Shown here: piece by piece, positions 54,401-64,000 of the stretch
How the letters are laid out: every line of letters begins with the position of its first letter
How positions within the stretch are numbered: the first letter of the stretch is position 1
Assembly (NCBI RefSeq): GCF_037042905.1
Contig: NC_087251.1
Location: 5,272,001-5,336,000, forward strand
DNA length: 64,000 nucleotides
From: Lytechinus pictus
Lineage: Eukaryota
Direction: 5' to 3'
Notes under the pieces: model-generated
The model's database searches: none
Told to the model about the DNA's origin: nothing
What the model saw: only the letters and a program-made list of their open reading frames with translations
Translations under genes and position numbers: made by a program

Positions 54401-57400
54401 GAATAGCGAAATAGCCTTTGTAACCGAAATGAGGAAAATACCATAACTCATAGTGTCGATAATGTAAGTTATATAAAACTAAAGGAGATTTCTTATAATG
54501 CTATATGAGACATTGATACAGATATCAAATCTTGTGAAAGATAGATGAGGACGAGATCGACGGTATTCCTTATTGTCTTTTTTTTTTTTTTTCAAGAATA
54601 CCAGGCTCAGTGGTCTGTCAAAGATGTTGTGCTTTTCAGCTTATGCAGGTAGATTGCAAAAGGTCGTGCATTTCATGTCCAGTGATCCACCCCTGAATAC
54701 TTTCATTTCATCTCAAGCAATATTCCTTATTAAAATCAATTATGTAAGATTACATTTGGCCATTACCTTGACGCGAAGATTCCAGACCGGATGTCCCGCA
54801 ATATTTGGTCCAATCAGTTGTTCCATTACGTTGAGTAACCTAGCATCTGACCAAAGATCTTTAAAACTCTGTCAAGATGGTAAAGCATAATATAGCAAAC
54901 CCATTCGGAAAAACTTATTGTTGAATTCATTCCCAGCCCAAATTATTTTTATTTTGCGTTTTCCAAACTATCATTAGAGTGCCAATAAATAATTAAGAAA
55001 TTTCGGAGTGTATTCTTCCAGTGACATTGCTAGAGGTGCTAATTTGAAATTTTTGCTACATAGTGGGTCAGATGCATGAAAAGTAGCAATTGCTAGGCTT
55101 TTGTTAGATTCCGAATACATAACAATGAGCGAGCAAATGCTTTTGATAGTAAGTACAAGCAATCGCTGACTGTTAGCACCTCCTTGACGATTAAGCTATT
55201 GCTAAAAAGCGTATGTATAAAGCGAACATTTTACTTGTGCGTTTTAAGCACTTGCTTGGGTTTTTTTTTTCAAGCTCCGTCAGAGCCGCTTGAGCCTTAG
55301 CCTCTTGTCGAGGCCCTGGCGGCTGCTTCCCGAGCGAAGCGAGGGATTCCCTAATTCGCGAAGCGAATTAGGCCTGGCGCGAGCCAGGGCCTCTTGACAT
55401 CTGAACTGAATTATATATTCATGAGGAACGTCTTCCTAATTAATATACATGAGTCATGATATTACTGGTCACCGAGTAAACCAATGAAATGTCAGAGCTG
55501 TTTCGTTTTGGGTTCGGAATACTATATAGTATAGTAGTCCATTATTCTGCAGGGGATTCATTTAATTGCGGGACACTAAAGGGGATATAACCTGCAAAAT
55601 GCTACAAGTAGTGGTACTACTACTACTACTACTACTGGCCGTAACAGACCCATCACCGCCCCGAAACTTCCCGGGAGATACTGCTCAGCCGCTGGTCAGA
55701 CTCGAGTCAACTCCCAGCAACTCCACTGCACTGCACAGCGGAGATCGATAATCGACGCCCCTGTTCGACCGGTGGAATCGCATGAAAGATAACATTTTTT
55801 TCCATATCCTGTGGGTAGATTTACAAAATCATCTCGTCCTTTCAGTGCAGAGTTAATTTTATGGACTTGCAAATCCTTAAATCGGTCAATATTCAGCATT
55901 TTAGAGGCATATTCAATGCTCTTTGATATTTCGTCGTCATTCTTCGCCAAGAATCCACGGGTCGCCATTCAAGATGAGCTCATGAATATTCAATATGACG
56001 TCATAGCAGCCCGCGCTCTCATTGGATGATTTTCACCGACCAGTTTTTGGTCGGTGAATTGGTAAAAACAATAAAAAACAAAAGAAAGTCGCTGAAATTC
56101 GGGTCAGATGTCCAGAGGCCCTGTCTCGCGGCGCTCTGCTTCGCTCTCTCCCTTGCTTTGCCATGTTCGCTCGGAAAGCAGCCGACAGGGCCTCGACAAG
56201 AGGCTACTTGAGCCTTTGTTTGTTCACGTTTTTTAATCATGTTTATGCACCTGAGAGAGAACCCCAAGGTGTACAGTAGCCTATATTTTTTTGTCCTAGT
56301 AAGTGCACACCAAGTGCCAAATATATAAACTTATTGAAAAGAAACAAGTTAGTTTGACACCACAACTAGCATGCAGTCAGACTGCAGGTCCCAAGAAAGT
56401 GGCTTCTTTCATCCAAGTGATATTCATGACTTGAGATGTTTTGCATATTTAATGAGCTTGATGCGGACCAAAACACCTCTTTTCATTCGGTCATTGCTGC
56501 TCTAATTGTGCATCGAATTTCATGAATTTGGTACCATTGTAAAGAAGAAGAATCATTCTTTCAGGTCATGTGTTTAGATTTATTCAAAGATTTTGTAATA
56601 TAGGTTAAAATTTTGATCTAAAATATGCTACAAAATAAATATTTTCACCTGACAAAAGCTGCTATTTTCACACTTTATTTTTGTTTGAGCCCAAATGATT
56701 TTTATATCATGATAAAGCTGAATATGTATGCTTTGAAATGATATAGGTTTCAAAATAAGAATTGGTTTAATCGGGTCAAGATCACACTTTTCATTTGCCA
56801 AGTACATAAAGCAGCTTGAAAACAAGAATACTGCACTCTGATTGGTCAAAGAGACCGCACACTGGCAAATTCCAACGGTTCCAGTGCCTGGGTTCGTGGG
56901 AAGGTCACACTTCCCATGTGGTAATCTCCTCAAATACCCCGCGCCTGTTGTTCTGTGAATCTTATCCAGCCAATCAGAACTCTGGATTTCATGCAAGTAC
57001 AAAATTTCAGAAATCTCGTCTTGTACCTTGGTGGGAAAAGTGTGATCTTGACCCGATTAAAAGGTGCTGCATATCAAGAGCGGCATTGTGAGAAAGTACA
57101 GAAGTTCAGCTTTATGTTGATATAAATATCATTGAGGCTCAAAATAAAAAGTTTTGCACAATTTGCAAAAGAAAACAGAGGAAGAAAATTCAGTTTTGAG
57201 GCACATTTTCAGGCCAGAAATTTACTTGTTTAACAAAATATTGTATACAAAATAAATGACCAATATGAAAGAGTAACTTTTACTCTATCTGATGGTGCAA
57301 TAATATTTCATTTAACTTGAGGTTAAAACAGGTAAATTCTTAGAGAAAGAAAATCTCACGAATCACGAGATTTTGCAAGGAGGAGGATTCAGCCACGAGA

Positions 57401-60400
57401 TGATTTGGATGAATCTGGCCTTTTTGCTCATTAGCATAGGGACCTGCGGTCTGACTGCATGTCTGGGAAAAAGATGTTATAATGAAAGAAGTGGTAATTT
57501 GCACTGCCACAGTAGCCTACTATACCTTCGCTTTCAAGTCCTGCCTTTTCTGTGAGTGGTGTTCGCACCAGCGCGCTGCAGCGTGACGTCGCTGTTGTTC
57601 AAACCGCTAGCAGAACTTGCTTTCTGAAGGCAGGGACATAATGCATATGAAATAAAGCAATTGCTGAAGCATGATGTTTTTCTTGGCTAGCATTTGTTGT
57701 GCTTGAAGCAATTGCTACTTTTTATACATCTGACCCCATATCTTAAACACTGTTATTATTACTACCCTTATTGACAGAATGCGAGTTACTGCATTATAGG
57801 GGAACTGAGCTTCTCATCCAATCAAAACAAAGAGTTTCTCCAATATTGACGTTGACGATAACAATATTGTGCAGCGGATGTCCTAGTTGAGTAATAGTTG
57901 ATATAACTTAGAATTTACCTTGAAATTTTGATACAGTGATTTTTTTATACAAAGCCCATCCACGGGAGACAGGAAAATTTGACTTAATGAGCAGATGGTA
58001 TTTTTCTTCTTGTTTCAGTGGGGGTAAACTATTAAAGGGAAACCGGACTTGTGGTGTTGTCAGGTGAACCTTCTATACGGGTGGTTGCTAAAAGCAGGTC
58101 TAATTGACTTGGTGACTAACCTGTGGAAGCCTACCAGCTTTGTGAAGTAGCACGGCGGCACCAGGAAACTCTTTCTCCACGCATGTCATCCTTTGAAACA
58201 AGTCGACATTCTCGTATTTGTCTGATAAGTTTTTTACGAAGCGGAATAGGAAGTAAAGAGGAATTATGTTATTTAAAAAAAAAGAATGGGAAAAGGAGGA
58301 GATCAGTAGGTTCTATATCATTTTCCTGGTTTTATGGATATTTTCACATCTGAATTCGTTGATATTATGAAGCCTTACTCCTTTGGCGGATCCAGGAGGA
58401 TGAGGGGTGGCGGGGGACCAGAAAACATGGAGGACTATTTCTTTTGGAAGGGTCACTATATCTGCCTTGTTTTATTTTTTCTAATAACCTCTATAAAACT
58501 CAAACAAGTTAGTTTCCTTATCATTAGTGTCAATGATACACCCACTACCTAATAGCAAGGTAAACATAATATTATTCGACTTAAGTCAGTGATGACAGTG
58601 GTAATGGTTTTGGCAATTGATCTCTGACTTCAAAGTAAACTGTTATGATTAACATTATATTGAGTATATAATCTGAATACAACAACGTTGTAATACAACG
58701 AACGGCTTTCATTATTTTGTTTATCCACCTCCACAACTGACACTGTTTAGTATATATGCGTTATATGATTGAAGCTTCTTAAGGATAAAGTCTATTATCA
58801 CCCGTATCAGACATCTGAGCTGGTCATTTACAAAACCGTATTTCCCTGTATTTTATTATTATCAGGAAGGGATAGGTATATTGTTTGTATTTTCCTCGGT
58901 CTCAATGCGCGTATTGACTTTGCATGCAGAGAGGACGCAAAATATCCTGGTCTCACATCCGGGCCTTTGAGGATGCGAATGAAGTGATACGCTTCATAAT
59001 GTTCCGCGCACCAACGATCTACGTCATAATAAAGACAACGCTGGATCTTGGCGCTTGCAAGTACGTCATAATGGTAAAGTGCAGAGCCTAGACACTGATA
59101 TTATCATGACACAACAGAACTCTATTCTTAAAAGATATCACTGTTATCATGATTTTTGCTCTAGATATCTGATTTGGATGGTAATAAAAATATTGACTGC
59201 CCTTCTTTCGGGGAACATCAAATATATTGCCCTTAAAAGACCCATATTGCCCTCGTCTAAAGACTCGGGCCAATATGATTCTTTTGCTGGCAATATATTT
59301 GATGTTCCCCTCAAGACCAGTCAATATTATATAATTATTGACTGTATCCGATGAGTGTTGAATACAGTCAGTCAGAAATAACTCTAAACAAATAAATTGG
59401 TGACATAAATTCTGACAATAATGGCTGAATAAATAAAGTAAAAATCAACCGGCAATATGCTGGAAATTTTCTTCACAATCGGATAAAAAGATAGTTACTG
59501 AATTATAAATTTCATTAATAATTTGTGAAAAGAAGTAAATGCACGCCGACGTGAATATGTAATTGCTATAAGCTGATGACGACGTATCCACACTTTCCTC
59601 ATCTTTTATCGTACATGTGTGTAGAACATGCAACAATAGCAATAACGATAATAATCAAAATGATAATAATAATAACAATAGCGTATTTTTTTTTTATTTT
59701 CAAATAAAAGTTTTCACTCGCTACCTTTGATTTTGCCTGCATTATACAGCTGGTTTATAATCCTATCTACTTCGGATTTCACCCCTTCACGAACTGGCTC
59801 AAGTTCTTCCGGTTTGAAGAAATCCGGTACTATGACATAGCCCTGAGTGAAAGATAAAAACTGATAAATATAACTGAATCCTCATTATTGAAAACGAATT
59901 ATAAGATAAATGACGGAAGTTGGAAACCATGCCATTGAAATCATTCAAAAGATAAACTACTTTTATCATGGAACGTGATGAACATCATTAGAAAACACTA
60001 TAGGATCTACGCCTAACATGCCTGAGCGTCTATAGGCCTATCAATTCAACATTTATATTCTTTATAATGTGATAATACTGATTCATCAATGCGTTTAACA
60101 GACAATGGTCATTTAATTGAATCAGACTTAGCGCACACAATATAGGCCTTATGAGGCGTATACACTATCCACTCTTTGGTGAGTATTTTTACAAGTTGCA
60201 GTGTTGGTCGCTCATTCAGAGCTTTATTTTTTGGTACATCTTAAAATATACATAATTGGCATCTTGGTTGAGACTATGTAGATTAAATATTGCCGAAGGA
60301 CGCCATCGAGAAGCTGACACTCGGACCTCGAGCCTCGAAATTCACTGAACCAATTGATAAAAGACACCTCTGATATAGTTATATTTCCAATGCACCCTCG

Positions 60401-60949
60401 TGATCATAAACTATACAGTGAAAAGAACATAATTCATCAAGAAGTTGCAACATCCATGAGCCCGTCTACGAGAACATCAACCTAAAATAGTTCAGCAATA
60501 ATAATAATACTCAATATTTATAATATTTCCCATATAGCCCAAAGCGCTCACAATTTCAGTTAACATATATTTATACAAACAAAATCAGAATGACATATCA
60601 AATGAGAAGGTTGCCTAGAACAAAAGAGTTTTAAGGGACTTCTTAAAGGACTCGTTTGTTGGGATCGTCTTATTGTGAGAGGGAGTTTGTTCTATTCCAT
60701 TGAGGATGCAACGGTGAATGTTCTATCTCAATGCTATTACACATAGTACCAAATCTTATAAGCTTACAAGTGATGGAAAATATATGCCTATATTATGGTA
60801 AGGCTTTTCATGCTTAATATTGATATACTACAAACCTCTTCAAAATACTGTTGAATCTGTGCATGATTCAGTTGACCAGGCTTCTTCTCTTCTTTCTGGG
60901 GAGGGATCTTCATGTAAACATCAGGGTTTACATCCTGGATAGGAGCCAT
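51415..60949 (-). CDS. Phytanoyl-CoA dioxygenase (PhyH) domain-containing Fe(II)/2-oxoglutarate dioxygenase, 368 aa
   Basis: Nine phase-compatible GT-AG exons: 60949-60836, 59842-59725, 58221-58121, 54868-54767, 54385-54346, 53988-53894, 53350-53160, 52711-52534, 51582-51415 (1107 nt). Motifs QYFEEGYVIVPDFF, VPWHQD (HxD), TAWIPLLDVNAKNGCMQV, VPHRS (distal His), NIRWS (2OG-binding Arg). An acceptor AG just upstream of the ATG suggests a 5'-UTR exon. Confidence 0.93.
55298..56206 (-). mobile_element. AcademH-derived internally deleted DNA transposon with RecQ-helicase N-terminal fragment
   Basis: 41-bp TIRs starting TAGCCTCTTGTCGAGGCCCTG (2 mismatches); perfect 9-bp TSD CTTGAGCCT. ORF 55696-55968 contains FKDLQ...GRDDFVNLPTGYGK (RecQ-like motif 0/I). 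Confidence 0.85.
56366..57465. mobile_element. TIR element with nested TTAA-flanked MITE (56768-57060)
   Basis: CATGCAGTCAGACTGCAGGTCCC / GGGACCTGCGGTCTGACTGCATG; inner TTAATCGGGTCAAGATCACACTTTTC / GAAAAGTGTGATCTTGACCCGATTAA. Confidence 0.7.
58793..59337 (+). mobile_element. Family R monomer in intron 2 of the PhyH gene
   Basis: Near-identical to the 38926-40173 units. Confidence 0.85.
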
Positions 60950-61115
60950 TCTTGACTACGTCTACAAAGATGTCAGAAAGAGATGATTAATCCGGACGTC
61001 ACTCTGAGGCAGATTATACAGAGTGAGGAATAAATTAAGAGTATATGCATTTACGATCCATAACGATCCATTCACATGTGTAGAAACCTACATTGCGTAT
61101 TATCACAAAACTTAT

Positions 61116-61432
61116 GAACTTTGGAATTGCATCCCAAGGCTGATTGACTGTTGTTCATAAACAATAACACATAAGGCCTAGCCCTATTGCTTTATTAGTA
61201 TGGTACGGTTTATTTTGCACTCGGTCTAGTCATGTGACCCCAATCTTCTGGGCTATTATGGTAAACGTAAATGATAACGAACTTTGGAATTACATCTCTG
61301 ACCTGATATATTGTTGTTGTTATAAGTAATAACGCTGTAAAAGATCCAAAGCTTTATTGGTATAGTACGTTTTATTCTGCACGTAATGTCTAGTCATGTG
61401 ACTACAATATTCGGCTATTATGTCAAACTAAA
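61116..61432. repeat. Diverged ~163-bp tandem dimer upstream of the PhyH start codon
   Basis: GAACTTTGGAATT, GCTTTATT.GTAT.GTACG, TCTAGTCATGTGAC and GGCTATTATG each occur twice, about 163 bp apart. Confidence 0.7.
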
Positions 61433-62811
61433 TACTTAATAGGCCAGCTATTATAATCAACCCAACAAGTTACAAAGGAAAATCATCTGTTTTTTTTTAA
61501 TATGGCCCCGTCCATACAGTTGCAGCCTTCTTATAAAACTCTATGTAATGGTTCAACCACCCCTCCCACCCATTCCCTTTCTTACACCCCAACTCTCTGC
61601 CTTTTTATACTTCACAATTCTTCACACCTCGCAATTTGGTACACGCTGCAATTTTACCTTACATTAAGATTTGTTTATAGGGAGGGTATCAAATGTTTTA
61701 AAGCACAAAATTGTTCGGGGTAAAATGTTTGAATATATTGCAGTATCAGCGGGAAAAGTTTCGGAACATTACATGAAATCTACTTCGCTCCGCCCACTTT
61801 ATAAAACCAAAAGGCTTGTTTCACGGTCGGTCTTAGCTTGCATATTGATTCATTCTGCTGAGTTCACCTTGTTTCTCCAGAATAAGGTGTGTTAAACATG
61901 TTTTACTATACTCCCATCGCAATATGCAGCGTTAACACATTTCCATTGTTGAAGAATCCCCCAAAGCTATAATAAAGAATGAACAAATGGGTAAGGAGCA
62001 CTGGCGAGGGAAGGGTGTGGGTAATGCATGGAAGTGTATTGATTTGACTGATTTCATTTGCCAATTGACTAAAAACATAATGAATTTATACATAAGAGAG
62101 TAAAAACAGTAGGCTTGATCAGGAGAAGACTCGATGTCTCGAAAGCTAGTTATTGTTATGAGTCAATAATATAATCAAATAGGGCCTACAGCTGTTTTTT
62201 ATATTGTATAAGATTGAATGCTATTAAAACACATAATAAAAAATAATCAATAATATTACTATTCATCTACTCTGAATCATTTGCCACATCGCACAACCCG
62301 CACACACCCCCTCTCACCCACTTACACATAACCTACCATATGCAGGCGCGGTTCACCCCCCCCCAAAAAAAAAAAATCGTTCAAGCCCCCCCCCCCCGTC
62401 CCCAGATCCTATTTGCGTATGTACATGTATGTATTGAATAATGCAGTAGGCCTATTCCATTTAAGGTACTTGACTTGACTTGGTACATCTTTGCTCCTGT
62501 TTGGAAGTTCACACTTAAATGCTAAGAAGTTATAGAATCATATAGCAGCAGCACCAGTTTTGCTTGATAAGCTTCTTGACTAATTGTTGAGAGCGACACA
62601 TCCGAAAATAAGATAAGAGATCGGAATTCATGACATGGCATAACAATAAATTTATTTGAAACTTCACCGACATGCTAATAGAAATTCAGCATTCGATATC
62701 AATAAATACAAAATAAATGGTAAACATGGTAAAAGCAGATAAATGAAATATTATTAAAAGGTGACATTATGGTAGAACGAAAGAAACGTGGTTTTGACAT
62801 GGATTATAATA

Positions 62812-63570
62812 CAGTGCGTCCCAGAAAAAAGGAAACCAAGATTCCGATGTTTTTTTTTTCTTCAAATGCAAATGATCGTTTAATGGTGAGCCGTGATTGA
62901 CTGTCAAGGTAAACAATTTAGGCTTAGTACTAGCCGTAAATTGAAGGGAACAACTTTAATAACGCAAGGGTTCTTACGAACTCCTTCTAGCGTTTTAGTA
63001 AATCATGCGATTTTACTCCCATGAGTGCATTTTGAAAAGCTTCAATATGTCCGTTTTTAAGGCTATTTTACGATTTTGCGGTACTAAACACTTATTTAAA
63101 GGCAAATTAATTATGGTATTTCATTTACATAATCATATAATTCAATAATTCCTCCTTAATTTAATACATGATATGAAACGAACACTTTCACATTAATGAG
63201 CAAGACTAGTTTGAAATTTTATTGTCAAAATCAAGTTGCGCAGAAAATTTGGACATGATTGGTTCGTGATATTACGAACTGGCTGGCTCATTAGCATTTA
63301 TTTTATATTATTTGTCTAGATTCTCTCACTGATCCCTGAAATTAGAAAGGATTCAGATTCACACGTGGTTTTCTGCGCAAATCGTTTCTGATATGCCTTA
63401 ATATTTATTGTTCTAATCTGCCATGCGTGGATGATTTGCTAAGCTTTTGGTTTCAAATTAGAGATGAGATTCCACTCTTGCAATGAGCATCACATTTATA
63501 GTAAAAACATATTCAATAATTGTGAAATCTAACTCTGAAAACGAGTTTCCTTTTTTTGTGGGACGCACTG
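62812..63570. mobile_element. Tc1/mariner-type MITE
   Basis: TA-CAGTGCGTCCCA.AAAAAAGGAAAC ... GTTTCCTTTTTTTGTGGGACGCACTG-TA. Confidence 0.85.
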
Positions 63571-64000
63571 TATAGTAACATTGAGTCGCATGAACCATGT
63601 AAACGCAACTGAAAATATCTTATTTATAAACTATTGGTATACTGGTACATAAAACCACACATTGAGTCTCTAAACAACAATTTGCATGGAATACATGGCA
63701 AACAATATTGATCAATTCCAAGTTGATTATGAGAAGAAAAAACAATTAGTACCAGAGCTCCGTGCATGATCATAATCAGTTGTTAAACGCCATTAAGGAG
63801 GAGTGTACATATTCATGTCATTTATGTGTGTCTGTGGCCAATTTGCATGTTACTCCTTATATTTTGGAAATCTTTCCATCAGTATTTATGTATCGACAAT
63901 GATACATTATCCAACAGCCGATCAAAATTGTGTATCATAGCAACATCATGGCCTTGAATTATATTGTTTATATACATATTGACCATGTTGAGCCAAGTCA

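Larger units (their letters stand above)
55065..57736. mobile_element. TIR element (GGGTCAGATG ends) carrying three nested insertions, in intron 3 of the PhyH gene
   Basis: GGGTCAGATGCATGAAAAGTAGCAATTGCT versus AGCAATTGCTACTTTTTATACATCTGACCC. Confidence 0.7.

Noticed and set aside
55696..55968. Host RecQ helicase gene
   Set aside because: Only a short N-terminal fragment, enclosed by TIRs and a TSD.
57526..57624. GC-rich AG...GT-bounded candidate exon of the dioxygenase
   Set aside because: Stops in all three minus-strand frames; it lies inside a TIR element; exons 3 and 4 join in frame without it.

Overview
AT-rich, intron-containing animal genomic DNA. The repeat landscape resembles a sea urchin or other echinoderm (inference, not verified). 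The ORF track misses most real genes; I reconstructed them by reading splice sites. (1) The last four exons of a glyoxalase I gene (GLO1-A, 838-7047, +). (2) An intronless XK-related membrane protein with a 15-Cys N-terminal string (17928-18965, -). (3) A complete six-exon glyoxalase I paralogue (GLO1-B, 42410-46115, +, 192 aa). It keeps all four metal ligands but has replaced the glutathione-binding residues. (4) A nine-exon PhyH-family Fe(II)/2-oxoglutarate dioxygenase (51415-60949, -, 368 aa) convergent with GLO1-B. The rest is dense, heavily nested mobile DNA. It includes a decayed Ty3/Gypsy LTR element with non-canonical TA...TA LTR ends inside a TIR element, L2/CR1 and Tx1/L1 LINE fragments, a tRNA-SINE and an AcademH derivative with a RecQ fragment. 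It also includes Helentron-like elements carrying 157-bp tandem arrays, many hAT/Harbinger/Tc1 MITEs, a hairpin-ended repeat family and a tandem segmental duplication. The strongest candidate for new biology is GLO1-B as a neofunctionalised glyoxalase-fold enzyme that may not use glutathione, possibly linked to the adjacent dioxygenase.
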